A stretch of 63,642 bases of DNA, the filler included, from Choristocarpus tenellus KU-1152 (lineage: Eukaryota; Protista; Phaeophyceae): the NCBI GenBank assembly GCA_964200185.2. It is 11 parts of 11 records of this genome, joined end to end, with 100 filler letters (N's around TTAATTAATTAA, not from the genome) between each part and the next. Parts side by side here need not be neighbours in the genome. Positions count along the whole stretch, not along the records: positions 19,937 to 23,103 come from CAXNAD020021824.1; positions 23,204 to 27,192 come from CAXNAD020016781.1; positions 27,293 to 34,763 come from CAXNAD020006105.1; positions 34,864 to 39,433 come from CAXNAD020013971.1; 7 more parts are not named here. One strand, given 5' to 3'. Under the pieces are notes generated by a model, which was given only the letters and a program-made list of their open reading frames with translations, did no database searches and had not been told where the DNA came from. Position numbers and translations under genes: made by a program. Shown piece after piece: positions 22,769-35,926 of the stretch. Each line of letters starts with the position of its first letter. The first letter of the stretch is position 1.

Positions 22769-23033
22769 GCGTCAAGTATCTTAGAGGTTAGGGTCGAGTC
22801 TGTTTGTTGTCTGTTTGGGGCAAAATCCAATGTTGCGATTTTGATTAAATTTTGGCTGTTGTGTATGTTAGGAAGTGTCAATATCCTTGTTCCATACACA
22901 CCTTTTCATAAAATAAATATTTCACCTACTCTAAAATATTTCGGAGTAGGAAAATATATTTTAAAAAAACGTGGGAAGCCAAGCCCCAAACGGACAAACG
23001 GCAAAAATCGTACCCTCTAAGATACTTTCACTC
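22769..23033. mobile_element. MITE family A
   Basis: TIR ending TACCCTCTAAGATACTTTCACTC, TSD ATGT. Confidence 0.9.
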
Positions 23034-23212
23034 ATGTCCGATTCGGTAAGATTTTGTTCTTCAAATATGTAGAGAGTTGGGGTTGTTTTTTGACGTTTTG
23101 GTTNNNNNNNNNNNNNNNNNNNNNNNNNNNNNNNNNNNNNNNNNNNNTTAATTAATTAANNNNNNNNNNNNNNNNNNNNNNNNNNNNNNNNNNNNNNNNN
23201 NNNATTGGATAT

Positions 23213-23608
23213 TGGCAGAAAGCTGAGGGGGTGGGGTGGGAGTATCAAGTCAGCTGTCCATTAGGGGCCCATTTTTGAATGTTGCGATTTTGGGGTGATT
23301 TGGTTGCATATGTTGGATGGATAATGTAAGTTCACTTCTCCTGGTCAGGGCCTGACTGGACATCCTGGTGTAGACTCTCCCCCCCCCTCCCACAGATACT
23401 TTGAGCTCAAAGTTCGTACTTTCTTTCAAAGGCGTATAGGATATTTTCTGAATTGTGTCGAAAAGCTTCGAACACTAAAGAAATGAACGCTCTCAAGTCA
23501 AACTCACTTCATCCATAGAAATATATGGGTGAATTGCCAAAGATTAAAAAACTGACTTCTCGTGGAAAACTGTAAAAAATCCTGAGTACATCTTGTTTAC
23601 TTCGGCTC
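23213..23608. mobile_element. Family B MITE abutting a partial family C MITE
   Basis: CCCACAGATACTTTGAGC ends at ~23406. 23430-23608 is homologous to 32272-32512. Confidence 0.7.
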
Positions 23609-25117
23609 AATATATTGAGAAGTTGGTGATATTCACTGATCCTGTGGCATGTCAGTTTTGCCAGCTACTCTTTAGTATAGTACTAATTCTATTGAGTGGA
23701 AGAATTACTTAGGGTTAGGGTTAATGTAGTACGTAGTACAAGTAATTTGTGTTGATCTTGAGCGGGAATAAAGCATGGTCCGTCAGAGTCTTAACTATTC
23801 TATAAAGCTCTTGAGGACTTGAAAATGTCGCATTTCTTGCAACTTCGGGTGTTGTATGGAGGCAACATATTCTTGTCGTGCATTGACCTTACAATGTCAA
23901 ACTACACTTAGCGACATCCCTTAAGTTGTCCTGGTCTTGAACCCCTATCAAGTGCACTAGACGGTGTTAAGTAATAGGATGGCGATTAGTAAGGTATCTC
24001 CAGATATATATTTTCTGCATGTTAGCAGTATCGTTTGCGTTCCTGCTTGTTAGTACAAGGTCTGAGGTTGTGCTTTGAAACATCAACTTCATGGTCAGAT
24101 GTTCAAAGGCGATCTTACTTGCAGTTTAGATTCAAAGCTGATGTGGGGATGTGGGTTGGGCTTTGTGTTTCCAATTGATTGGTCCTTCATTGTTTGTGTC
24201 AAACTGAATCTTTCTTCCTTTCTTGAGCAAACGTGCTCCTTCTATTCTTGGGTATAAGGGAGGTGCAGTCTCATGCCTAATGTCCAACCAAAACGTTTCT
24301 CCTCCCATATGTGCCCTGTAGGCACAACGGGGTAAATGTGTAGCCTGCTCTTATCCTTTTTTCATATATACCGTCTGGCAACACGTCTAATCCCCACAAA
24401 ACAGGTGGATCCATTGTTTGAATCTGCATACTTGGAAAATGTATACTTGGATCAGAGGTGGCACATCGACCATCTGCAGGAAAAGCGCAAACGTGATGCA
24501 CAGAGGGAGGCCAAGTGAGTGGGTCATCTACGTACCCTCCTTGTACCATACCGTTTACCTTACGACTGCTTGATGAAAGAAAACAGGAACGGGATAAAGC
24601 TGATGAGGTTCATGAAATACAGTTATTTTTGTTGGGGTGTCAGTAACAGTTTGTGTAAAGGGAAAGAGTGTTCAGTACGATAATGATATGAATGCAAATG
24701 ATGAATAATATGGTCGTAATTACAGCAACAGCAACAACGTGATTGTAGAAAAATGGTACATCTTTAACTCATGTATTTTCAGCTTTTTAGTTCTTGTTGT
24801 TGAGGGTCTCTACTTGTTAGCAGTATCTTCAGCAATACATGTTGCACAAGATCTTCCTGGAGTACTGCTCAGTACTCCAGGGTGCTCCCACTGCCTGCCA
24901 ATTATACCAGTTGTCCGAATGCTTCTGTTGACCTGTTCTTTCCTCTGTCAAAAATTCCCCTTCCAGCAAGTTTCCCATTGTTTTGTATGGGCCTGTCTTA
25001 CTGAGCTCTTTTGTCTGTGGCTGGCTGCAATACTACAATGTCAAATTTATGGTGTGTATGAGAGTGCGTTTTACTCATAGAATGAGAGAGACTGCAGTAA
25101 AATGTGTATTTGTACAG

Positions 25118-25149
<32 letters not shown>

Positions 25150-27331
25150 CATGAAGTAGTGAACAATTATAAGGTGATTAAATAGACCAGGTAGTGTAAC
25201 TGTGGAGAGAGCCTGGACCATATATTTTGGGTTGTGTGTTGGATCTTGAGTGAAGAGCAATCAGTGGTGGTGTGAACAGCATCAAGTGATATGTGCTGCA
25301 AGAAATATCAAGCAATACAAATAAAACTCAGGCAGGGGGGGAGGGGTTGCTGACAGGTACATCATGTGGACCATGTTTGAGTAGGGACTCTGGCGACACA
25401 GGAAACATAAAAAAATCTATCGAAAGTTTTTATTACATTCGTTAGCTAATCCCTCTTCAAGACAAGGCAATAGAACTAGAAGTGTTGGCTACTCTGCAGG
25501 CTATACTGAGCACTACTAAATGCATTATCGTTTTTGATTTGGGGTTTCTGTTATTTAGGGTAGATTTGTGTGTCAGTGATCACCCTTCTCCATTTTTATG
25601 TATTATGTATGTGACATTACACAATCACTCTCTTGTTCACTTGTTGCCACACCGCAAAACTGACTAGTGCTTGCACCCTGTTGTGCTTGCCTACTTGAAC
25701 ACACAGTTCGAATTATGGCAGCTTCTGGCGGTTCCTCGACTTCCCCAGTGATTTCAAAGAAGATGAAGAGGGACCAGGGCAACACAGCACAAAATAGCAA
25801 AGATGTAGACACAACCTAATCCTACTAAACAGCAACTTACATGTAAGTTTGATATTGTTTGTCTGAGTAACCTCCACTAAGAGGTTGAAATCCGTCATGA
25901 TGACGTGAGATTTCGAGAGAGAATGATCTTTTATGATATCCAAAGAGTTTATAGTAATAGTAATACTGTACAAAGTGTGCTGGGTGGTAGACACCATAAG
26001 CTGGTAGGCACTCAGAGAGGAGCAGAGGGCGGGGGTTGGGAGAGAGACGTTTTTTGAAGATTTTCGCGGCTGATACCTAGAGCTCTACAGTTTTTATGTT
26101 TCGATTATTTTGAAGTACAACGGAAGTACCTGCTGTACGAATTCGGTGCCAACATTGTAATCTGGAGTAGATCGTTGGTGTCCTGTTCTGTAGTGCTGGT
26201 AATATGTCATCTCTTGTAGATGAAGACATTGGGGAGTCTGGCACGATTTTTCTGTACATACATCAAGCTTCTTCTAGATCGTAAGCAAGTGATGAAGTGT
26301 TTGGTAGGGGCTTTCTGCCTGTGGTGACACAGGACTCACAGTGTGCGATGTTTAATCCTGAGAGATGGAGTGGCAGTGCGCACCTCAAACGTTTTTGTAG
26401 CCTATGTAAGAGCTGGTATAAACATGTTATGTCCATGTATAGTCCGGGTATTTGGCAAACAGGATTGACGATGTAAGGGTTTTTGTGGTGTGACTTTGTT
26501 TTGTGTGCACTTATATCATTGTATACTCTGGGGTGCATACACAAATAGTTTGTGATATATATGCGTGTGTATGTGCAGATACATACAGTTGTCACGCATA
26601 AATATTGCGTATGAAGACCAGAAGTAGTGGTGTATGCTGTAGTTCAAGTGTTTCAACGTTTTCACGATGACAGGGAGATACCCATTTCCTATCTTTGATG
26701 AATGTGAATTACGCTTGTACTTTAGTCTGTGCTCCGCATGAGAAATTCTGGCATATATTTTGTTGTCGCCTAGGCAATTGGGTAGCAAACTAGTTACGGT
26801 AGAACAATTGCCTGTTGCTGTAGCGAAGGAAGTCTTCATCTGAGGTACGACTTGGATTTTCTTACTCACCTAAGCGAGTTTTACTACCACCTACCTGTGG
26901 AAATGACAATAAGCAACTACACCATACCTTGCGGCAAACAACCCTCAGCCAATAATGGGTGGGAAAACAGAGAGGACAGCAAGCGAGAGGAAGGCAGGGG
27001 AAGCAACAGTGGTGAAAGCAATGCTTGATTGAATGTACTTCTTGTTGCCCTAGGAACTGGAACTGATAATCGTAGGTAGTGCTGCCGATACACTATAGGC
27101 ACCACCACTCACTGGTGGTGTAGTAGTGGGTAATGGGAGATGGATGTTAATTACGTATTAGTAACTACTGAGTCAAAGTATCGGAGGGGGGGNNNNNNNN
27201 NNNNNNNNNNNNNNNNNNNNNNNNNNNNNNNNNNNNTTAATTAATTAANNNNNNNNNNNNNNNNNNNNNNNNNNNNNNNNNNNNNNNNNNNNGGTGTCCA
27301 CCTGATGTCCTCTGTGTTGGTCATCCTCACA

Positions 27332-27507
27332 GGCTCAAAGTATCTGGGGGGGGGGGGGGTCTACACCAGAGTGTCATTCCAGCCCTGACCAGGAAATGTT
27401 CACTTACATGATCCATCTGATGCATGCAACCAAATCACCAAAAAATCGTGATATGGAAAAATTGGACGTGAATGGACAGCCTTTACACACCCCAGGTACT
27501 TTGAGCC
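27332..27507. mobile_element. MITE family B (poly-G/poly-C subterminal tracts)
   Basis: GGCTCAAAGTATCTGGG...CCCAGGTACTTTGAGCC, TSD ACA. Confidence 0.9.
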
Positions 27508-28082
27508 ACATCTTCCTTCAGTTGCTGGATAAAATGAAAGGATCCCAGGTCGTTGACATTGAGGTCAGGTGAGTTGACTGACTGGGTCTCTATGACAATG
27601 CCATCCCTGCCGCCTCCTCAATTACCTCCATGATCCCCCCATGTTGTGTGGCTCTACCCTGTCGTTGTACACCAAAATGGTCCAACCTAGGCATGCAGAC
27701 CTTGATCGTCAGGATGGCATCCTCTATCATGAGCTTATTTTAACTCTCCCCGTCCACAGTGACTGGCAAAAGAGCCTTGATGCCCTTGGGACGATGTTTG
27801 CTGGAGTGCTGAGCAACCATACTGTCCACAATAGCTCAAATCCCGATTTTCCCATCGAACCACACCCTGTTGGAGAGCTTCCTAAGGCAGGTCACAGCCG
27901 CAAGGAACATCACCTTCATAATGTAATGCTTAAATTGTGCCGGTGGGAGGTTAGGGGTGTCCTCAGTGGGGTGCAGGTACACACCTCACCCATCTTCAAG
28001 GATATAAACCACTTCTTGTCCACATGCACCCAGTCATACAGATCGTCCAAAAATACCCTACTTACCCCCCTCCTGTGCGTGT

Positions 28083-28303
28083 GAGTGACAGTATCTTAGA
28101 GGGTATGAATTTGCCCTGTTTGTCCATTTGTGAATTGGCCTCCCAAGGGGTTTTAATGACATTTTATCTTACGTAAAGGTGTGTCTGGAACAAGGATATC
28201 AAAGCATCCTAACAAACATGGTAGCCAAAAATTTAATCAAAATTGCAACTTTGGATTTGACCCCCAAATAGACCCGGCTCTACCCTCTAAGATGTTTTGA
28301 CTC
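28083..28303. mobile_element. MITE family A (internally deleted), inserted in the mariner remnant
   Basis: GAGTGACAGTATCTTAGAGGGTA...TACCCTCTAAGATGTTTTGACTC. Confidence 0.85.
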
Positions 28304-29564
28304 TCTGACTGATGATGAAACCCACCCTTGATGACTTTCTGCTGGACTGAGAGGACTGGCTTAATCCACTGCTTGACCTTCTCGACCTTCTCCTCTTGCA
28401 CAGATCCCACAACGAAGAAAGGGAGATCACAGCTTTGGTCGCTTATATGTGGAAGGATATTAGGTGTACCGATGGGACATCCCAAACGTTGAGGATACTT
28501 GTACGGCAGCCACATCACCCCTTGTGATGCCGTATAAGGTCCATAAATTCACCCGTTGCAATTTGGCTATCATGCACCTTCAGATGAGCGAACACGGTGA
28601 TTGGGGAAGTTCCGAAGTTCTTCATGATGGCTGGCGCTTTCCCCCAGGGCATCCGAGTCTCCTGCCCCCATGTCTCCAGGCATGATGCCACCCCTCTGTT
28701 CTTCGTTGGAGTGTTTGAGTCCTGACCCCAGAAAGACTCTGGGCCGAAGAATTGGGACCAACGGGCGGCAACAGGATGAGCAAGCCACTCAATTGACGGG
28801 AGGCCTTCATCCTAGGCATCCCAATAAACACCAGCTTTGACAGTTTCATGAGGTTATTGAACTCCGTCAAATGCAACTAGGTCGACTTTGCACTGGTGAT
28901 TCTACACAATCATGACAGCCCACCATCTCACACTTTGCATGCCTCCCAATCTATATGAGGACTATGCCCCGTCCGTAGGGTTTACTATGTGGATCGTTTA
29001 CAGGCAAGAATGGAGCTTGCAAGAGTTATGTTACATTGAATTCCGAACAAAGGAAATATGTATTATCTGTCAACTTTTAATTGTGTTGCAACAGTAAGTT
29101 TCATACTCAGGACATATATCTTCTATTTATCTAATTTTTTCTACAGGTGCTCACAGATATGACAACATTTAGAACCCCAGACAGCCATTTTGCCACCAAA
29201 TTCTTCGTCTAGCTGTACAAATGCAGTGTGGTTGATTAATAAATATGTACGTTCTAAAGTGTATAGGTAGGGTCATATATATATATATATATGCTTGTAG
29301 ATGGTGTGTAAAGGTATACATATATATGCTAGTAGGTGGTGTGTAATCATACGTCACAGAACTCCTTGGAAGCTAAATCTGTACCACAAAGAATTTTCAA
29401 TACAAATTTGCTGAATTGGAACTTCAGCTTACATTTGTCTTGCTATATTTCTTATTGGCACACACAAAGAAGGGCCTACTGGCAGGGGGGTGTATTTTCC
29501 ACACATCAACAACCACAAGAATATACCCCACCAAGAGACCACCATCGTCTCTCCCTCACCTCAC

Positions 29565-32500
29565 CTGTCTGTAGGTCCGTCCAGCCCCAACGCAGGGGAG
29601 CAGTTCACCTCAATCAGGTGTGGCCTCAGTTGAGCATCGAGCATCACATCAAATCCGAACATTTCGAAGCATGAACTGAATGCCGCTTCATCACTATCTT
29701 GCCCTCGTCCCCTCCTCCTGCCCTCTCCCCTACCATTTCGCCTTTCACCAGTCAAACCTGCACCGCCTTTATCACCACTACCCCTAGCAACCCCAAGCCC
29801 AAAGATCCGTGCCATGGCAGCGGGAATGGTGGGGGCCAATGGTAAGATGGAGAGGTTGACTAGAGTGCTGATCCGTTGCCACAGTCTTTGCCAACGCTCA
29901 ACCCCATCATCAGCTGAGTTCTCAATCCTTTGCCCCTCCAGGATGGGGGAAGTGGGGTATTGGGGAGGGTGGGGTAGGTGGAGAGCTTGTGGACACACTC
30001 ACAAATAGTAATGACTAAGATGTAAATATAATTATGCTAGATACTAAAACATTTTCACAAGAAAATATCTGTACACTAGAAGAGAATGTTAATCGTTCGG
30101 GTTTGCATTTTGGGGAAAAAAAATGTGCACTATATCTTTTTTTATGTAGTTGTGAGTGTTAATGGTGTTTAACGAAGGATGTCATTGCAAAGATGATAGG
30201 GGTGGTCGTGTAGGGAATGGATCCTATTCGGTAAGAGTGATGTGTTTGCTCCTCTATTGGTAAGAATATGCTTCGAAGTATATTGTATCACATCCCCATC
30301 TTCTCAATCGTATTGTTATGCAATGTTAATGATATGTTATTACTATATTTATCGTGATGTGACCCTGACCGTAACTGAAGCATAACCTACCTGGTCACGT
30401 TCACTCTGCTTATCAGTCAAATCAACCCTCAAATGTTACTCTTTTTACCTGCTCTGAGTATGTTTTGAGGTGATTGCCTGATACCTAGATCCTCAAGAAT
30501 TACTGTTGCTCATAAATCAACACTACAGACTTCTCATTCTTGTTTTTGTGTGAGTGAGTGTGTGCGTGCATGCATTTGTATAAATGAAAAGTGCTGTAGA
30601 ATCACCTCTCAGGTGGGTCTGCAACAACTTCTACGGTTTGTGCTCCAGTGTAGTCCCAACTAATCGTCACCTATTGAATTCCAGCTATGGAACTCTGGTA
30701 AGCATGCATAGAAATCAAATTATGCATTAAGCATTTTGTTGATTGCTCTTTCAATGATATGTACTCAGGAGTATCTCTTGCTGTTGACTTACCACAGTTT
30801 CAGGCGTTCTAGAGTCCACTTGCAGCCACCCCCTATCACATCTTTGTTGAAGGCTGCTCCCGGTGATCCCTTGTTGATGGAAGAGTTTGTCAAATGACCA
30901 AAGAGGTCGCCATGGTGGCTCTCCTTGTATCTGGCCAGAGTGGAAGTGAGACTAGCGTAAGAAATAGATTTCAATAGATGTATAGGCAGGCTGCACTACA
31001 CTGTAGATGTGATTATTTTTCTCCTGATTGGATGGTCCACAACTTTCTCAGTTACTTGTAGAACACAATCCTCTGCCCTCGGGATTTCTCTACGTATTGT
31101 ATGAAGAACCTTTGTACTCTCTGAGAATTATATGTTGATACTTTGCAACAGAGAATAGGAAGGATGGTTTTGTGTTTTAGTTCCAACTAGGGCAAATACA
31201 GAGAGCTTGGAAATTATTGTATGAATTACTGCATGGTGCTATGGTTGCAGTGGACCGTGTATGACAATACAGCTAGACAGCAACAGAATGAAATGGAAAG
31301 GATGACATAGATACCATTTCCTTTTTTCGGGGTTAAAAATGATGCGAAGCACTTTGTACTGCCCACCCAAGCTCATATATTTCATTAATAGCTGTACTGT
31401 CATTTAGTTTGTCTGCTGCATTTATTGTCTCCCAGGTGTCCATATGGTCCAAACACACCAGTCATACCTTCGAAATGATTTCTTTTACTCTGTTGAGCAC
31501 CCAGTCCAAAATACTGCGGAAGTGGCGTGTCTTATTGTTTCACAGCAATGGGGGAGGTTGGGTCAGAAACATAAGAGTAGGTACAAGCTTAATATTATAA
31601 GCACATGTGGTGAAGACCACCATTTCTTATGCCTCCAAAAGAGTTTCAACATTATAGTAACTTGATACATGACTTGATGAGAAGTTTTCTACCTAGTCGT
31701 TCCTCTGGCAACATGGACAAGACTATATATAACCCATGCAGGATTATTTTACACCAACAGCACAATCTTTCGTAACCCGCAACTGCAGTATTCGTCAGAC
31801 CTAAAACCCCTTTTGTGTGTATGTATTGTGTGTGTGAGCTCGAAAACGATCTTCTCAGCTCCACCATGACAGTCAAAGCGTTGCACCATCTAACCTCCTT
31901 CCTCAAAGATGTGAATCTCAGCTCAGAACCAGCCTCACATGAGGATTAAACTTGACCTATGCCTCTGCACACCTGTCATCACTTCTCTACTAAATCGTCG
32001 ACAGTTTGAACTTGGCCAAACACCCTTCCACGTTGCATAGCGATTTTAAGAAAAAAACCCGACATATCATCGATGTGGGATGAGCCTTCAATAATATCCT
32101 TCAAAGTATTCTCTTTCGTTGTGCATAGATATGAACAACACAGCAAGATAGGAGTGACTCCCATCAACCTTTCTTGAGAGCTAAAGGGTCTTGCTGAGCT
32201 TCACAACCATGAAGAAGCCCTTTCAACGGTAAAGCCTACTGTGAAGAGTCCCTATGTTAGAGTAGAATAGCGAGTCAAAGTAAATGAGAGGTACCCAGAG
32301 TTGCATCTTATGGATACCGGCAAATACTTACAAAAATGTGTATAGGATATTTTCCGAGTTGTGTCGAAAATTTTCAAACAATAGAGAATCACCCCTCTCA
32401 AGACAAACTTAGCCCTTCATCCATAGAAATATGCTTAAAGTGCAAAAAATTGAAAAACTGACTTATAGTGCAAACCAGTCAATAACTGGGTACCCCTCAT

Positions 32501-34263
32501 TTACTTCAACTCAGTGCACTGTTGTGACACATCACTGGGGAGACAATAGTACATGCATAATGACCCAAAGCAATTAAGAGGGTAGACGTTTTGCCCTGTT
32601 TGTCTGTTCAAGGCTTGGCTTCCCACGAGTTTTTATGACCTTTTTCGATTTTCTGCGTGAACACTGTTACCTACTCCGACACATTTTGGAGTATGGCTAT
32701 GAAAGGTGTGTCTGGAGCAAGGGTATTGAGTGAAAGTATCTTTGAGGGTACGAGACTTCCCCTGTTTATCCGTTTGGGACTTGGCTTCCTGTGGGTTTTT
32801 TTAATGATATGTCCTCCTCCAAAGTGTTTCGGAGTAGGTAAAATGTATACGTTATGAAAAGGTGAGTCCAGAACAAGGATACTGACACTTCCTAACAAAC
32901 ACGATAACCAAAATTATATCAAAATCGCAACATTGGATTTTGCCCCCCAAATGGACGCGACCCTACCCTCTAAGATACTTTGGCTCATTGACACTTGCTA
33001 ACAAACACGATAGCCAAAATCCATGAAAATCGCAACATTGGATTCATGTCCCCGAACGGACGTGGCCCTACCCTCTTCAATGCTTAATCTCAATTATCGA
33101 CACAGAAACTATATCAGGTGTTGCCTGTATGAAGAAGAGCTGTAAAAAGTTACATGTTGTTTGGTGCCGCTGACTGTCACTATAACAATACCATGCCGAG
33201 ATTATAGAGGTGTCTTGTTCGAGAAATACTCCAAAGTAGACCTATAGCACAAAGAAAAAAATACGATGCAGTGAAGCAACTGGTCCAGTAAAATGTTGCA
33301 CTGTATACAGCACAAAGTATCATTGACAGTTTGCTTGATGCATCTCCTCTTCTAATGTCTCGGCCCAACCTCTACACTATCCTCTTTGTCTCACTTGGCT
33401 GTTGCGAAACGCACTAATCCGTTCCTGTACAGGTGCACCGTCATAGGGTGCAGGGATGTAACTAAGACATACCTGCCAGACATTCAGTGACAACACAATG
33501 AGGTGGAAGAGAGAAGTGATGGGGTCTCCAAAAGCAGGAGCATGCAGGTGGAATGATGAGAAAGTAACGGGCAACAAGGGGTTAATTTGCACCTCAGGTT
33601 GGTCAGGAGCTGGACCAAGGCTTGAGGTTGTACCAGGAGTTGAGGGCGTAGTGTGAAATGACCTGAGAGAATGTTCATCATTGCCTGCTTTCTCAACTTG
33701 TTCCTCTGCACCTAGTAACTAGCATGTACAGATGAATTGTTGCATTGTATTTTCCATGATGCATTCCTTACTCTGCTCAGGTTTTTGCTCTTGATGCTTT
33801 TTCTTCTGTTATCCCTTGGGAGTGGAAATGTCTCCTCTACGAACAATAGATCCTCTAGTGTTTATCATTAGCGGTGTGAAGTGGACGGTTGTTTGACAGG
33901 AACATGGATGCACCTACTATGATGGATTCAAAGCACTTTTGCAGCCTTGAACCTTACACCCACCTCTGGCCTCAACCAATGCTCTTTTCTCATGCGAACT
34001 ACACAATTGCATTAATGTTCCCACCATAGCCCACTCCTTAAACACACACCATTGCCACTTATACTTCAACCCTCAATCTATCCCACCTAAGCAGCACTAA
34101 TCCCACTCACAGTCTGAGGTCAGCCTTGTACCCACCAAGAGTCAAGGGCGGCTCGATGTACCTCTGAATGATGGACTGTTGGTCATACGCAAGTTCACTG
34201 AGGTCCTTCATGAGGAATATCTTACGACCCCTAGAAGAGTCGTGAGGCTTCACTATCCACAAG
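29565..34263 (-). CDS. Tubulin-tyrosine ligase-like (TTLL, TTLL2-like polyglutamylase type), internal exons
   Basis: Phase-compatible exons: 34111-34263 ([28 protein letters not shown]), 33395-33472 ([16 protein letters not shown]), 30793-30930 ([15 protein letters not shown]) and 29565-29927 ([22 protein letters not shown]). Confidence 0.92.
32272..32512. mobile_element. MITE family C
   Basis: TIR GAGTCAAAGTAAATGAGAGGTACCCAG ... CTGGGTACCCCTCATTTACTTCAACTC. Confidence 0.85.
32562..33091. mobile_element. Nested MITE family A: younger copy (32728-32986) inside an older copy
   Basis: Outer TSD AAT, inner TSD ATT. Removing the inner copy restores the consensus-like CAAGGGTATTGACACTT. Confidence 0.9.
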
Positions 34264-34660
34264 CTGGTATAATTTGGAAGGGGCATTTCAAGTTATTTTA
34301 GTTTCAGATATGGTGGATTTCGCGTAGGTACACATGGAATAGGAGACGATACATGCTTGGAAAAAGAAGCATTGACCATGGGTTTGGGCATATCCTTTAA
34401 AGATGAGTCTGTTGGGGGGATTGACAATCGACATTTTGGTGATGATGAGAGTGTAGAGCTCTAGTACTACGTGAAGAGACTGGAAGTGATTGGAAATTGA
34501 GGTTTACGAATATAGACAGAAGCCCCTGGAGACAGGTGACACCAGGGTTGGACCTAGCAAATGACTTCACAATGCTGAGGTGCGTTAAATGTGGAGCAAG
34601 AGTTCGAAGTCATAGTTGTATTCAGTGCAAGGCTAGGTGTTTGAGCGTAAAGGCAAGATC

Positions 34661-34698
<38 letters not shown>

Positions 34699-35032
34699 TT
34701 GCGATCGAAGAAGGGGAGACAAAAAAAAAACAGACCGCAGGGGGGGTGAAGATTGGTGATGAANNNNNNNNNNNNNNNNNNNNNNNNNNNNNNNNNNNNN
34801 NNNNNNNTTAATTAATTAANNNNNNNNNNNNNNNNNNNNNNNNNNNNNNNNNNNNNNNNNNNNCAAATGGACACCTTGGTGTAGACCCTTCCCCCCCCCC
34901 CCAGATACTTTGGGTCATACACTGCAGGGAACACTGCCAATTAACTACATACCAACCGACTATCACTATTTTACCTAACCTTTAGTCTGGAACTTCTCCA
35001 CTACTTCCATCTTTCTTAGGACCTTGACCTGT

Positions 35033-35210
35033 GACTCAAAGTATCTGGGGGGGGGTGGCGGCTGTCCATGTGGGGGGAATTTTTTCATGCCACGATTTTT
35101 GCGTCATTTGGTTGCATACGTCGGATAGATAATGTAAACGCACTTTTCCTGGTTATGCCCCAAATGGACACCCTGGTGTAGACCCCCCTCCCCCCCAGAT
35201 ACTTTGGGCC
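35033..35210. mobile_element. MITE family B (a further partial copy at 34864-34917)
   Basis: GACTCAAAGTATCTGGG...CCCAGATACTTTGGGCC, TSD TGT. Confidence 0.9.
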
Positions 35211-35266
35211 TGTTGTCAGAGACGGCAGTGCACTCAGCACTATTTCTTCCACCATATGAACTACCT

Positions 35267-35523
35267 GAGTGAAATTATCTTAGAGGGTACGAGTTTTGCC
35301 CTGTTTGTCCATTTGGAGCTTGGCTTCCCGTTGTTTTTTTTATGACATTTACCGACTCCAAATGTTTCGGAGTAGGTAATATGTTTATGCTATGAAAGGT
35401 GTGTCCAGAACATGGATATTGACACTTCCTAACAAACATGATAGCCAAAATTACATCTAAATCGCAACATTGGATTTTGGCTCCCAAGTGGACGTGGCTC
35501 TACCCTCTAAGATACTTTGGCTC
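35267..35523. mobile_element. MITE family A
   Basis: Full TIRs, TSD ACCT. Confidence 0.9.
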
Positions 35524-35730
35524 ACCTGTTGCACTACAACTAGTTGCATTGCCCAGTATGTGTTTTGATTTTTTCTTGTGTATTGGTTCTAGCCGTGCTT
35601 TCTTGTGCCTTGGGGCAGGTGTGTACCTACGTGTGCTCCAGGTGTGCTGTGCAGGTGCACCTGGAGTGTGCGCGTGGCATCAACTCCACATCGCTCTGCA
35701 TTCTCTCTCTCCCCTCTATTTTGGTATATA

Positions 35731-35926
35731 CTCCCTCCGTCCTCAGTGAACCTTTGCCACCATGATCCAGGTCTTTCCACGTTTCACTTTGCGTGGTTTT
35801 CCACAAGATAGTAGGATCCAGGTATACCTTCCCAATCCACTTGCCATGTCGTCCCGCAAACTCAAATATTCCCGTGTAGAAAATCTGGGCTCTGCAACCA
35901 GGGTTTGAACCCTGATAACGAGGGTA
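35731..35926. mobile_element. Possible Stowaway-like MITE remnant
   Basis: TA-CTCCCTCCGTCC left end is the canonical Stowaway/plant-mariner TIR. The right end is only a degenerate ACGAGGG-TA. Confidence 0.35.

Larger units (their letters stand above)
27293..28600 (-). mobile_element. Degenerate Tc1/mariner transposase, plant-type (DD39D-like), interrupted by two MITEs
   Basis: Reverse-strand motifs IKPVLS, WVHVDKKWF, KVMFLAAV, FDGKIGI and QSVNSPDLNVNDLG, with stops and frameshifts. Confidence 0.8.

Noticed and set aside
23709-23723. TTAGGGTTAGGGTTA as a telomere
   Set aside because: Only ~2.5 units and internal to a contig.
24360-25812. Possible minus-strand exons in contig 4
   Set aside because: Some AG/GT-bounded open segments exist, but there is no recognisable domain or verified phase chain.
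35275-35487. Recurrent small ORFs such as MGAKIQCCD.., MLGSVSILV.. and ..GQTGQNSYPLR as a peptide gene family
   Set aside because: They are translations of MITE family A, and frames and stops are not conserved among copies.
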